In this document: piece by piece, positions 9,536 to 19,379 of the stretch
How positions within the stretch are numbered: position 1 is the first letter of the stretch
Layout of the letters: the number at the start of each line of letters is the position of its first letter
Origin: an uncultured virus (IMG/VR IMGVR_UViG_3300024259_000022)
Taxonomy: Duplodnaviria > Heunggongvirae > Uroviricota > Caudoviricetes
IMG/VR virus record: IMGVR_UViG_3300024259_000022
Length of the DNA stretch: 64,000 nucleotides
Strand: one strand, 5' to 3'
Translations under genes and position numbers: made by a program
The notes under the pieces: generated by a model
What the model was told of the DNA's origin: nothing
Database searches by the model: none
The model's input: the letters and a program-made list of their open reading frames with translations, nothing else

Positions 9536-10114
9536 TTATAAATCTAATAAACCTTCAAGCTCAATAATATTGTTATCTAAATCATTTTTTTGTATCTCTT
9601 CATTATATTTTATATCTACACTCTTAACATTTTCCACTATCTTATTAACTATTCTCTTATTCATCTCTCCCAACTCACCTACTTCAATTTCAACTTCTTC
9701 ATCTTCTCTAACTTCTGGCTGTTGACCTTGCACTACGACTGTTTCTGACTTAGGAATGTTATTAATAATATGTTCGGCAAAAGCAGCTAAATCTTCTTTA
9801 CCTAGCCCTTGCTGAGGGGTCTGTGCGGGCTGCTGTTGAGATAATAGTCCTTTCATCTCTTCCAACATTTCTTTTTTAAAATCATCAAGATCGACATCGA
9901 CCTTAGGAGCAGGAGATACTTTAGATGTCTTCCCATTATCTTTAATGCGAATATCTATATGTCCCTTCTTGCTAGCACCTTTTAACATCCTAGACGACTC
10001 GGACTTGCTCCTGCTCATCATCTTGTCTAAGTCTACAGCTTGTCTTGGACCAAGAGTAACTCCTATGTCAGATATAACGATTGATCCCTTAGTTTTATTA
10101 ACTATAAAAAACAC
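9536..10114 (-). CDS. Hypothetical protein with a small N-terminal beta domain
   Basis: GTG start with AGGAG RBS; FIVNKTKGSIVISDIGVTLGPRQAVDL. Confidence 0.6.
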   Translation of the reverse strand: MFFIVNKTKGSIVISDIGVTLGPRQAVDLDKMMSRSKSESSRMLKGASKKGHIDIRIKDNGKTSKVSPAPKVDVDLDDFKKEMLEEMKGLLSQQQPAQTPQQGLGKEDLAAFAEHIINNIPKSETVVVQGQQPEVREDEEVEIEVGELGEMNKRIVNKIVENVKSVDIKYNEEIQKNDLDNNIIELEGLLDL

Positions 10115-10290
10115 TATACTCTCCTGGTTCTTGTTTTGGGAAGTGGAGGAAGAGTTGCTTTTAAGCTAATAGCACTCTCTTTTTTACATTCAGGACAAAC
10201 GTAATATATCTTATTATCTCTAAAATTAATTTCTATATTAGGGTCTTTATCGTGATTTCTACAATGGGAGCAAACTGTTACTATAGTCAT
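10114..10290 (-). CDS. Small zinc-ribbon protein (58 aa, not in ORF track)
   Basis: MTIVTVCSHC..YYVCPECKKES; fills the gap between coupled genes. Confidence 0.6.
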   Translation of the reverse strand: MTIVTVCSHCRNHDKDPNIEINFRDNKIYYVCPECKKESAISLKATLPPLPKTRTRRV

Positions 10291-10298
10291 ACATATAC

Positions 10299-13200
10299 CT
10301 ATCCTATTAAACCGTCTAAAAGATTTTCAAAATCTTTCTCAATACCTAATATAGTATCGTCAATTGAGCCATAGTCTACGCTCGCAAACTTATAAGATGA
10401 CTTTCTAATCTTATGCAACTTATCTATTTTTAATAACGCCTTATTATATTCCGCAGTAACCATTCTTAAATAAGATTTGGCATAAACCTCTGCTTGTTGC
10501 CTCACCTTTTCATTCAACATTTCCAGATTTTGAATTTCAGATGTCGTTTCATCTACATTTGCTTGTAGGTCATTTATGTCTCTTTTAATAGTGTTCTTCC
10601 TTTTAACATTACCACCTCGTCTCAGCCAAATATTATATTTATCTCTCAACGGTTTTGAAGTTGATCTCCTATTTAAAATCCTTTTCAACAATCGGTCCAT
10701 ATTCTCTGGAGGAACCTCCAGCTTTGCCATCATCCTATATTGAGCATCTATGTTGGGCTGATCGAGTATCTCATCAATATCTTTCTGAGCCTTAAAATTC
10801 AAGGTATTTTTTATATGATTATCCAGAAGCGTTTTATTTTTAAGTAAAGAAAGTTCATACTCTCTTAATTTCTTTTTTCTTCCAAAAATAAAATTAAGAT
10901 TAGTAATATATTTCTGTTCATTTTCTGTCAATTCATCTTTTGATTCTTTTCTTGATCTTGAAAAATTAATTGCTTTTTGAATATCTTCTGGAACTTTTCC
11001 ATCCACAATTTCCCAATATAATTCAGTATTAGTTCTTCCCTCTGGATCAGAAGGATTAACTTTCTTCCCCTTTGCAGCGAACTGCTCATACTGTTTATCA
11101 TCTTTCGCAAATATATTAATAAATTCTTTTCTTGTAATATTAGAGAATATATCGTTACGATCAGTTCTAGGTTTTTTAAGACTCTCTAGAATAGAGGGGA
11201 AAAGTAAATTGGCTCTTCTTTTAATATTTTGTTTTATATTTTTTAAAACACACCCTGGGGCTCTGACTGGTATTTTTCTGCCTTTTTTATCGAGAGCGTA
11301 TTTACCTTCTACTATATCACCCTCAGCTTCCGCTCTATTAATAACACTTATCTTTTTCTTATAATCTGCGTCAGGCAAGTTTGGATCAACCTCATCTCTC
11401 TGATCAGAATATTTTTTTCTAGCATCATAGCAATTTTTAAATGTTTTTAAATCATTATCTGTTTGAGCAAGAGTCATTTCTATGAAGGCCTTCTGTTTTG
11501 CAACCTTTTCCGAAGGTTTATCTGCCTTAGAAACTCCAGAAAAATCTTCTAACATCTTATTTGTAAAACCATGAATTACAATATCTCCCAATATAGAATC
11601 AATAGCATCAACTCCAGAACGACTATCGGGTGATCTCGGATCTATTTTTTCATTATATTTCGATTTTATTTCAGATTTTAATATAAACAAATCAGCAAAA
11701 GAGTCATACTGAACGCTTCTATTTGCCAACTCGGAAAAATTATGAATATAAGGATCAGTTACAATACCTTCATTTATTTGTCTTATATATTCTTCAATAT
11801 AATCGTTATTATTAAGTTCCTTATCTTTAATATCCTTGCTGGCTGCAAATATCCTTTCAATATCCGCAGGAAGAACTTTTGCTCTACCGTATTTTCCAGT
11901 ATAGTTAAGTTGTGATCCTGTTTCTTCTGCCCCTTGTTCTTGAACCATCTTTCCAGATACGACAGCAGTTGCATCGTCAAAAAACTCTTCCATAGTGTCC
12001 AATGCATAATTACCAAAAGCTGTCAAATATTCAGAGTCTGTATATAATTTCATCTGTGCTTTCATCTGTGCTTTTATCTTTCTTTTTTCCCCACCTTGAG
12101 CTTGAGCATAACGTTGTTTCAACTTATTATATTTATTATATTCAAATGACATTAAACTAGACATTGTTTCATCCTTCATATGATCCATAATTTCTACCTG
12201 ACTTTTTAAATAAGTCTCAACAATAGCTGTATTTTTATCTATTGCTCTCTGTCTCTGATCGTCTGTGGCTTTTGGCATTACGGCTGGATCTTTGCCTTTT
12301 CTCACATCTGTTATCTCAGGATTATTAAAAATACTCGCACCATACATCTTATCAACATGTTTTATTTTTGTATTAATCCATTTAGGTATTAAATCATCTT
12401 CTTTTTCTATTAGTTGATATAAAATTTCATGCAATTCAGATTCCGCATTTTCTTTTAATAAATTAGACATTATACTTTTAGGACTACGGTTACTCCTAGC
12501 TTTTACTCGTGTCCAACCAATAGAAGCTTTTAAACCCGCTGTCACATCTGGAGTATTGATGCCAAGCTCCGCTAATTGTTCTGTTAAAATTCCTTCCAAA
12601 CCTGGAAGTTGTTGAAAGATATTTTTTTGAGGAAATTCTTTAGGAAAATATGGCTCTTTTAATAAATGAGAATTCACTAAGAAAAATTTCATTCTTTGAT
12701 CAAATTGACTTCCACTTTTCGGAGCGCCAAAGGCTAGATTAACGGCCATCTGGAATTTACTAACACGATCCCTATCGGCCTGACTTTTCACAGCAGGAGT
12801 AAATTTTTCTGAAACTGCTCCTGTTATTTTATCATATCCAACCTCTCCAAACTCTTCGGGATCTTCTTCGGGATCTTCTTCAGGATCTTCTTCAGTAACT
12901 TCAACAGGATCTTTAACAGGGACTGCAGTAGGAACTTCAACAGGAGCGTTATTAATATTATCTCGTTCTACTTTATATTTAGCCATAAGAGTATCAACAA
13001 AAATATCAGCTATATATGAACCAACTCCTATAGCAGACTCAATTTTAGCAGATAAATCACCCTTAAGTTGTTCGTTTCTCATTATCTCTTCTGTTATAAA
13101 TTTATCAGATTTTAATAATGATTTTTCAGGTTCTTGCTTATGCTCTTCAAATTTGCCAATCTGAATTTCTTTCTTCATATTGTCAGCTTGCTGAGTGACC

Positions 13201-13451
13201 CACATATCCATTTCATTTTGAATTTTTGTTTTCTGGATATTTTGCTCTTGTATCTGTTGCGGAGTAAGATTTAATGCTGATTGGGCTGCTGCAGCGGCAG
13301 CTTCTTGTTGTTTTCTAACTTTTTCTTCAGCGTCCATCTGGTCAATAATAGCATCAGCGTCCATCTCTACTGCTTTTTTTCTAATATTAAAAGGTTTAGA
13401 AGAAATCTTTCCATTTCTCACCATTTTAATAAATTTATCTAAATTAAACAT
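10299..13451 (-). CDS. Large helical protein, putative internal virion/ejection protein
   Basis: 1050 aa; N-terminal MFNL../PFNIRKKA tag, C-terminal YKFAS; EEDP repeats; late-type promoter. Confidence 0.45.
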   Translation of the reverse strand: MFNLDKFIKMVRNGKISSKPFNIRKKAVEMDADAIIDQMDAEEKVRKQQEAAAAAAQSALNLTPQQIQEQNIQKTKIQNEMDMWVTQQADNMKKEIQIGKFEEHKQEPEKSLLKSDKFITEEIMRNEQLKGDLSAKIESAIGVGSYIADIFVDTLMAKYKVERDNINNAPVEVPTAVPVKDPVEVTEEDPEEDPEEDPEEFGEVGYDKITGAVSEKFTPAVKSQADRDRVSKFQMAVNLAFGAPKSGSQFDQRMKFFLVNSHLLKEPYFPKEFPQKNIFQQLPGLEGILTEQLAELGINTPDVTAGLKASIGWTRVKARSNRSPKSIMSNLLKENAESELHEILYQLIEKEDDLIPKWINTKIKHVDKMYGASIFNNPEITDVRKGKDPAVMPKATDDQRQRAIDKNTAIVETYLKSQVEIMDHMKDETMSSLMSFEYNKYNKLKQRYAQAQGGEKRKIKAQMKAQMKLYTDSEYLTAFGNYALDTMEEFFDDATAVVSGKMVQEQGAEETGSQLNYTGKYGRAKVLPADIERIFAASKDIKDKELNNNDYIEEYIRQINEGIVTDPYIHNFSELANRSVQYDSFADLFILKSEIKSKYNEKIDPRSPDSRSGVDAIDSILGDIVIHGFTNKMLEDFSGVSKADKPSEKVAKQKAFIEMTLAQTDNDLKTFKNCYDARKKYSDQRDEVDPNLPDADYKKKISVINRAEAEGDIVEGKYALDKKGRKIPVRAPGCVLKNIKQNIKRRANLLFPSILESLKKPRTDRNDIFSNITRKEFINIFAKDDKQYEQFAAKGKKVNPSDPEGRTNTELYWEIVDGKVPEDIQKAINFSRSRKESKDELTENEQKYITNLNFIFGRKKKLREYELSLLKNKTLLDNHIKNTLNFKAQKDIDEILDQPNIDAQYRMMAKLEVPPENMDRLLKRILNRRSTSKPLRDKYNIWLRRGGNVKRKNTIKRDINDLQANVDETTSEIQNLEMLNEKVRQQAEVYAKSYLRMVTAEYNKALLKIDKLHKIRKSSYKFASVDYGSIDDTILGIEKDFENLLDGLIG

Positions 13452-13517
13452 TATCTCTCCAAGAGTACAGTGGTTCCTATATAATATAAATATTCGTCTT
13501 TTATCACTGCAAACCCT

Positions 13518-15314
13518 TTATTTTTCCTCGGAATATCTTCCCTCTATCTCAGCAACAATAGGATTTCTAACAATATCCTCTTTAGTAAGCTTAACGATAC
13601 TAAGATTTTTTACACCCTCTAATCTTTCGCAAGCATCTACCAATCCATTCTCCCCTTTAACATCTGTTTGGAGAGGATCTCCTGTAATAACAACTTTACA
13701 ACCCTCACCTATTCTAGTAAGAAACATTCTAATTTGTTCTGGACTTGTATTTTGAGCTTCATCGAGAATAACAAAAGAATTTCTGAATGTGCATCCTCTC
13801 ATAAATGCTAAAGGAAATGTCTTTATTTCCTCCTCTTTCATATATTCTTCAACTTGTTGAGTTGTTAAATAATCTGATAAAAAATCAAAAATAGGATACA
13901 TATATGGAGAGATCTTCTCATTTAAATCTCCTGGCAAAAATCCTAAATTTTCGTGATTTGCTTCAACACATGGTCTTGTAAATATCATCTTTTTATATTT
14001 ACCCATAATAAATTCTCTAAGACCACTAACTACTGCTAATTTGGTATTGTGAGTTGCAATAAAGTTATCTGTCAAATAAAGATGATCATCACTATCAATT
14101 AAAATACACTTACACTCTTTTACCCCAATTTTTTCAATTCTTCTGATAGTTCTTTTAGTAAGATATTTTGTTCTATTTTTTGCTATATCTTTTTTTCTTT
14201 TTAATCTAAAAATATCTTTATTTTTATTATATCTTATATGGCAAATATATGACCTATTCCCCATAATTTTTTTACCATTTTTATCTGTGTAAAAAGATTT
14301 TTTATCTTTTATAACACAAATCCCGCCCATCGACTGCACAAGTTCCTTCATATCTAACGCTAATTGATATGAAATTGTGCAAAATGAAGGCATACCAGAT
14401 TTTTTACAAACAGTTCCATCTGTGTCCATTAATCCCTGCAATAATGATAATCTATTTTCAAAAGAATTATATAAATAATCGTCTGGTATAAATTTATCTA
14501 TAGATTTCTTACCATGTAATCCGTATAACCTTAAAGATTCTAATATATGATTTTTTTGACCTCTTTTTAAAGCTGAAATACCATAGTCATACTGCCCATA
14601 ATGCTTTAATTTACACCCATCTTTCGATACTATTTCCCCCACTTCACATAATATCTCCTCATCTGAAGATGAAAAAATAACCGTTTTTGAGATACCTCCA
14701 TCACCTATTAAACACCCCATCAAATAAGGATTAATTAAAATATCTCTTTTATAAAAAAAACAATTTTCAGGAGTATCTATAGAAAAACGTCTAGTTTTTG
14801 TTTTGTTATTTAACTTATTAATTAAAAAACTAGTATCTTCTACTCGATATTTATTTTTGTATTTTTCTTTATATTTATACTTATCTTTGATTTTCCACAA
14901 ATGATCCTTACAACATTCCACATAGTCCCCATCTACAAAAAATATACGATAAACATCTTTTCTACCTTGAGGGAAAACTCCTACGACATTTGAAATACTA
15001 CCATCGGGAGTAGAAACCTTATCTCCAACATCAACATCTTTCATTAATTTATACCCATCAGGAGTATAAACCCTAGAATCTAACGGCTGGGCCTTTCCAG
15101 TTCCTGGAGGGCCTGCTACTATTGTGATTAAGTTATCTTTAATTGACTTTAAAAGTATTTTTTGATTTTCACTTTTTGCTGTTACTGATATTCTCGTCTT
15201 TGTGTATTTCTTCTTCGATTCATTTTTTATTTTACTTTTTTTATCAACGCTACTATCTTTTTCTTTTTCATTTCCGTTTCCATTTCCGTTCCCATTACGC
15301 TTTCTTTTAGACAT
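13518..15314 (-). CDS. phoH: PhoH-family ATPase containing an intein
   Basis: GPPGTGK|T Walker A; TRPCVE, LGFLPGDLNEK, LAFMRG, ILDEAQN, LTRIG, TGDPLQTD motifs. Confidence 0.95.
   Translation of the reverse strand: MSKRKRNGNGNGNGNEKEKDSSVDKKSKIKNESKKKYTKTRISVTAKSENQKILLKSIKDNLITIVAGPPGTGKAQPLDSRVYTPDGYKLMKDVDVGDKVSTPDGSISNVVGVFPQGRKDVYRIFFVDGDYVECCKDHLWKIKDKYKYKEKYKNKYRVEDTSFLINKLNNKTKTRRFSIDTPENCFFYKRDILINPYLMGCLIGDGGISKTVIFSSSDEEILCEVGEIVSKDGCKLKHYGQYDYGISALKRGQKNHILESLRLYGLHGKKSIDKFIPDDYLYNSFENRLSLLQGLMDTDGTVCKKSGMPSFCTISYQLALDMKELVQSMGGICVIKDKKSFYTDKNGKKIMGNRSYICHIRYNKNKDIFRLKRKKDIAKNRTKYLTKRTIRRIEKIGVKECKCILIDSDDHLYLTDNFIATHNTKLAVVSGLREFIMGKYKKMIFTRPCVEANHENLGFLPGDLNEKISPYMYPIFDFLSDYLTTQQVEEYMKEEEIKTFPLAFMRGCTFRNSFVILDEAQNTSPEQIRMFLTRIGEGCKVVITGDPLQTDVKGENGLVDACERLEGVKNLSIVKLTKEDIVRNPIVAEIEGRYSEEK
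14046..15092 (-). mobile_element. Intein (349 aa, class 3-type) with LAGLIDADG homing endonuclease
   Basis: Begins AQPLDS, ends IATHN|T; block B DHLW, block F CKCILID; LMGCLIGDG and LLQGLMDTDG helices. Confidence 0.9.
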
Positions 15315-15346
15315 AGGACTCCTTAGAACATAAAAGTTATAAAATT

Positions 15347-15829
15347 TTAATCTTCTGATGGATCGTAAACAATCAGAGACACCTGATCGTTTACCGCATC
15401 AGGAATAGCTTTTAGACCTCCCATAATAAATTTAATAGATTCTGGAACCATTTGATCAAATTGTTCTTCCGCTATCTTCCAAAATTTAGTAGGAACATAG
15501 ACACTCTTACCACCTATTACTTTTAATCGTATATTTATAACATCATATCCATATGATTCTCTTAACTCATCTATTTTTGTATTTACAGTATTGCGAGAAA
15601 ACAAATCACACCAACCCTCACTCAAATAAGAACTATCTAAAAATTTTCTTTGATCAGGTGGAAGGCTTTTAAATATGATTTTCCTATGCTCTGTAGATAA
15701 AAACCTAGCATAGTACCAGTATTCTGTAAAGTTTTTGAAGACAGGTTTTTTTAACATTGCTCGCTCCACTATTTTTCCTTTTCTATGATGTCCACCGATA
15801 CTGCATGATGGGTTACGAATGTTAAACAA
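15347..15829 (-). CDS. Hypothetical protein (true start probably further downstream)
   Basis: ORF in the operon; the given start overlaps the upstream gene. Confidence 0.55.
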   Translation of the reverse strand: MFNIRNPSCSIGGHHRKGKIVERAMLKKPVFKNFTEYWYYARFLSTEHRKIIFKSLPPDQRKFLDSSYLSEGWCDLFSRNTVNTKIDELRESYGYDVINIRLKVIGGKSVYVPTKFWKIAEEQFDQMVPESIKFIMGGLKAIPDAVNDQVSLIVYDPSED

Positions 15830-16053
15830 TCGACACTACTTCTTTCAAATAGGTCTACGAGTTGACTTTGAATTGAATTGATATCTTCCTCTGTAGCTGG
15901 ACGATTTTGATCTCCAACCTTAACATGTATGAATTTTCCTTCTAAATCTTTAAACTTAGTAACAGAGATAGGTTTCACCTTATCAGTTTTCTTAACCGCT
16001 GTTTTTTTAGATGCCGTTGTCATAGTTTTCTTACTATCCTTTTCACTATTCAT
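15769..16053 (-). CDS. Hypothetical protein resembling a portal-protein segment
   Basis: HVKVGDQNRPATEEDINSIQSQL...VTHHA matches portal VVKVGDKDRPATDSDLQDVQNQL...VTHHA. Confidence 0.65.
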   Translation of the reverse strand: MNSEKDSKKTMTTASKKTAVKKTDKVKPISVTKFKDLEGKFIHVKVGDQNRPATEEDINSIQSQLVDLFERSSVDCLTFVTHHAVSVDIIEKEK

Positions 16054-16528
16054 TGCTATTCTCCTCTTTTTTTGTTTCAGGCACTACTAATTTGCCATCT
16101 ACGTTTTTTATTTCTGGTGTATTCTTAAAAAATTCTTTATCTTCTTCTGTCCTAACTATTTCTGGCTGCTTTAATTGAGCAGGAACAACCCTAATATTTC
16201 CATTGTCAAATAGCCAAGTGTTTTTCCTATCCAACGTCCCTTTACAATACTTCTTAACCATCTCAGAATCCAATCTAATGGGCTTTCCTTCTAAAATGAT
16301 TGCTGTCATCACCTCATTAATTCCAATCGATCCTGGACAACCTAGAGCTATTCCGTTACGCAAGTTAGAAGTCGGCTCAAACATAAAATCTGCACCATTT
16401 AATGCATATTGGTAAGCAGTTCTCTTTTCTTCAGGTGTTAACCCATTCATATTTTTCTCCAAAAAATTAATAACTAATATTATATCGTCATTTTTTTGTA
16501 ATTTTATATGAGGGCGTAAAAAAACCAC
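16046..16528 (-). CDS. Hypothetical protein (likely start at MNGLTPEE, ~16450)
   Basis: GGAG RBS precedes the internal ATG; the given start overlaps a terminator. Confidence 0.55.
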   Translation of the reverse strand: MVFLRPHIKLQKNDDIILVINFLEKNMNGLTPEEKRTAYQYALNGADFMFEPTSNLRNGIALGCPGSIGINEVMTAIILEGKPIRLDSEMVKKYCKGTLDRKNTWLFDNGNIRVVPAQLKQPEIVRTEEDKEFFKNTPEIKNVDGKLVVPETKKEENSNE

Positions 16529-16551
16529 TCTATTTATAAGTTAGAGTGGTT
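16518..16551 (-). terminator. Intrinsic terminator
   Basis: AACCACTCTA..TAGAGTGGTT stem followed by a T-run on the minus strand. Confidence 0.65.
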
Positions 16552-16556
16552 ATGTT

Positions 16557-16967
16557 TTAAAAATCTAAAGAGTCAACAGGATCATACTCTGGCTGACCAA
16601 AATCTGGCTGACGCTCAAGCTTAGAACCTTCTTCCGAACGCTCTATATCATCTTTTATCTGCTCTTCATTATCATGAAGCATATTATTTAAAAGATCGTA
16701 ATCAGTTATAACCTCACCAGTATTATCTACAGTAGCTTTTGTAGGTTTAATATTTAATGCAATATTTTCATTATAATCATATTTATATGTGTAATAAATG
16801 TCATAACCAGCAAGTTCAGAATAACCTTCTTTGCTACTTATATCTTCTTGAGGACCACCTATTATATCTCCCTCATTCATTTGCCCAGGCAATCCTGGAT
16901 CTCCAATAGGCATGTTAGACAAAAGTGCTTGTCTTCTCATATATGACTTACTCTTTAAAATTTTCAT
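16557..16967 (-). CDS. Hypothetical protein with MKILK-type N-terminal tag
   Basis: MKILKSKSYMRRQA. Confidence 0.6.
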   Translation of the reverse strand: MKILKSKSYMRRQALLSNMPIGDPGLPGQMNEGDIIGGPQEDISSKEGYSELAGYDIYYTYKYDYNENIALNIKPTKATVDNTGEVITDYDLLNNMLHDNEEQIKDDIERSEEGSKLERQPDFGQPEYDPVDSLDF

Positions 16968-16970
16968 TAC

Positions 16971-17354
16971 TTATTTCCCCTCTTCGTATGCTTTTATCTT
17001 ATCTTCTTTTCTAACTTCTAATTTAGCTTTTCGTGTTTTTGCTTTTTCCAAAGTTTCTTCCTCAATAGGTGTTAAAACTGGCTGCTCTTTACGTTGAGCA
17101 TACCTCTGCCAATCCTCTATTCTTTGAATTGTCTGCTCTTGCTGAAATATCTGATCATCTAAAATACCTATTTCTATTCTTTGACTAAGAGTTCGATCAG
17201 TACACTCTAATTCAACCACAACTTTTTCAACGTCATCAGTTTTTGCGAAATGATCATAAGTTTTAAAAATAGTTGGAACTATAATAATAATACCTACAAT
17301 AGCAGAAATAATCATTCCTGTTTTTTTTAAAGTAGATGTTTCTTTCTTAGGCAA
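16971..17354 (-). CDS. Membrane protein with coiled-coil tail
   Basis: TTG start with GGGAG RBS; one hydrophobic helix MIISAIVGIIIIVPTIF. Confidence 0.6.
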   Translation of the reverse strand: MPKKETSTLKKTGMIISAIVGIIIIVPTIFKTYDHFAKTDDVEKVVVELECTDRTLSQRIEIGILDDQIFQQEQTIQRIEDWQRYAQRKEQPVLTPIEEETLEKAKTRKAKLEVRKEDKIKAYEEGK

Positions 17355-17417
17355 AGTATTCTCCCTACAAAAAATAATTCTCTACCTTATATTTATAAGA
17401 AATTTTTTAAATTCCTT

Positions 17418-17939
17418 TTATAAATCTAAAATATCAAATCTACACTCTATAGGCTCATGATCCTTGTCCAAAAGCTCCCACCTAACATCCTTTACAAAAA
17501 TATCTGAAAGAGAATGCACCTGAGAAGTAATTTCAACTCTGTCTAGAATATCCTGGCTCACCTCAGATTCTCCTAAACTTCTTACATCATACCTAGTGTC
17601 TAACCCCATGCCTTTTCGATGAATAGCAAAATCATGATTTGAACTATACTCTCCTACTGTGTTCCATATAGAAGAAGGGCACAAAAATGCCTTAACCTTA
17701 TCATCATCCTCTCTATCAACCACAAAAGAGACAACTCTAACAGCATATCCTTCTTTATGAGAGTCTGCGAAAGAAAAAGTCCTAGTATTTTTATCCCACC
17801 TTTGATAAATCTTTTGTTGAGTTCCAACAAAACGAATTCTTATCGACTTATCTTTTCTTGGGGGAAAAAGCTTTAGACCTATTTGCTTCTTAGTCTTTTT
17901 AGTAGTTACGTTGTCGCCAAATTCTACTTCTTCTGCCAT
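17418..17939 (-). CDS. ssDNA-binding-like (gp32-like) protein with C-terminal RFDILDL
   Basis: KSIRIRFVG..VVDREDDDKVK..DFAIHRKGMGLDTRYDV OB-fold-like pattern; likely start MAEEVEF. Confidence 0.45.
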   Translation of the reverse strand: MAEEVEFGDNVTTKKTKKQIGLKLFPPRKDKSIRIRFVGTQQKIYQRWDKNTRTFSFADSHKEGYAVRVVSFVVDREDDDKVKAFLCPSSIWNTVGEYSSNHDFAIHRKGMGLDTRYDVRSLGESEVSQDILDRVEITSQVHSLSDIFVKDVRWELLDKDHEPIECRFDILDL

Positions 17940-17940
17940 T

Positions 17941-18129
17941 TTATAAATCCAAAATATCAAACCTATTATCTATAGGTTTATCTTTTTTCGTCAACTTTTC
18001 CTTCTTTTTGCTTATTACTAAAGCACCAGTTTTTTCATCGATATGACAATTATATTGCTCTTTTAATAATCTACTATACTCTAAAGCTTCCGTAGCAGCT
18101 TTAATTTTTGCAGCTAAAAAAGCATCCAT
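17941..18129 (-). CDS. Small protein with C-terminal RFDILDL
   Basis: Ends PIDNRFDILDL. Confidence 0.6.
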   Translation of the reverse strand: MDAFLAAKIKAATEALEYSRLLKEQYNCHIDEKTGALVISKKKEKLTKKDKPIDNRFDILDL

Positions 18130-18287
18130 TATTCTGCTTCTTTGGCTTTTTCTACCATTCTTATAGCTTCAAGTTGTTGTTCTGCTTGCTTCTGTTGCAT
18201 CAATAAGCAACACTTTTTATATTTCTTCCCACTACCGCAGGAGCAAGGTGAATTTCTTGGTATCTTAGGTGCTTTACTCAATTGCAT
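18129..18287 (-). CDS. SEC-C (SecA metal-binding motif) protein (52 aa, not in ORF track)
   Basis: KIPRNSPCSCGSGKKYKKCC. Confidence 0.8.
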   Translation of the reverse strand: MQLSKAPKIPRNSPCSCGSGKKYKKCCLLMQQKQAEQQLEAIRMVEKAKEAE

Positions 18288-18301
18288 TAGTTACTATCTC
18301 C

Positions 18302-18892
18302 TTATTTTAATATTTTTTCATATTCCGCAAAACTTTGATCATCGAAACAGACAATATAAACTATGTCTAAATAACTACCTCCATGCTCACGGAAAAAATC
18401 TTTAATAGCTGAAACAGCAGATTGTGCTGCAATGTCTTTTGGAAAACAATATGCCCCTGTAGAAATACAAGGAAATGCTATTGACTTTAACCCCTGAAGA
18501 TCTGCTAATCTCAAACTGTTATAATAACAGTTTTTTAACATATCAATATTATCCTCATCAGAACGAGAAGGAATCCATACAGGGCCAACAGTATGAATAA
18601 CATATTTAGAAGGCATATTATAAGCACCTGTTATTCTTGCTTCTCCTTGAGGACATCCATACAAATTAAGACATTCGCCTAATAGCTTTTGACCTGCTGC
18701 CTTATGAATAGCTCCATCTACTCCACCTCCACCTGTTAGATTATCATGAGCAGCGTTAACAATAGCATCTGACTCAATCTGGGTTATATCCCCCATAGTA
18801 AGCTCTATATCAGCATACGGAGTTCTTTCGTTAGTCTCCCTGCTCATCATACTTACTTCTAAATCTTCGCTAAGTTTTTCCATTTCTTCCAC
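18302..18892 (-). CDS. Macrodomain protein (YmdB/MacroD-like ADP-ribose hydrolase)
   Basis: GDIT, DAIVNAA, GGGGVDGAIH, VIHTVGP, IAFPCISTGAY. Confidence 0.93.
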   Translation of the reverse strand: MEEMEKLSEDLEVSMMSRETNERTPYADIELTMGDITQIESDAIVNAAHDNLTGGGGVDGAIHKAAGQKLLGECLNLYGCPQGEARITGAYNMPSKYVIHTVGPVWIPSRSDEDNIDMLKNCYYNSLRLADLQGLKSIAFPCISTGAYCFPKDIAAQSAVSAIKDFFREHGGSYLDIVYIVCFDDQSFAEYEKILK

Positions 18893-18959
18893 TATATCGC
18901 CTTGTTTAACATATATTCCACTATTGTATCATTTTACTTTCACTTTTCAACAATAATAA

Positions 18960-19379
18960 CTACCAATCCAATAGGTCTATTATCTTTTTTTCTCCACTTT
19001 CTTTTCTTTTTTGATTACTCTTCCAAGAGCCACCTGCAAATAACCTGACAGAATTGTAAATTGTTTTACGATCAAATTTACTTACTTGTAAAACTTTCAT
19101 TCCCTCTAGAAATATATCATCAGTTTCTTTTCGACTATATATCTGCTCCCAATATAAATAATCATGGATTATTGTAGCCGATAAGTATATGCCAAAAGGA
19201 GGGAATATAGACCAAATGACTCTAGGAGTCGAAGCCAGATCAGTTATAAAACCCTCGGGAGTAATTATTTTATCTCCGCTTCCGATACTCCCTATTTCAT
19301 AAACAAATTCTTTTCTAACGACCCATTTTTTTCCACAATGTAAAGGAGTTAATATTGGTCTGTCTGTAAAACTAGACAT
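18960..19379 (-). CDS. DUF1353 family protein
   Basis: PEGFITDLASTPR..ATIIHDYLY..RKETDDIFLEGM..YNSVRLF. Confidence 0.85.
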   Translation of the reverse strand: MSSFTDRPILTPLHCGKKWVVRKEFVYEIGSIGSGDKIITPEGFITDLASTPRVIWSIFPPFGIYLSATIIHDYLYWEQIYSRKETDDIFLEGMKVLQVSKFDRKTIYNSVRLFAGGSWKSNQKRKESGEKKIIDLLDW

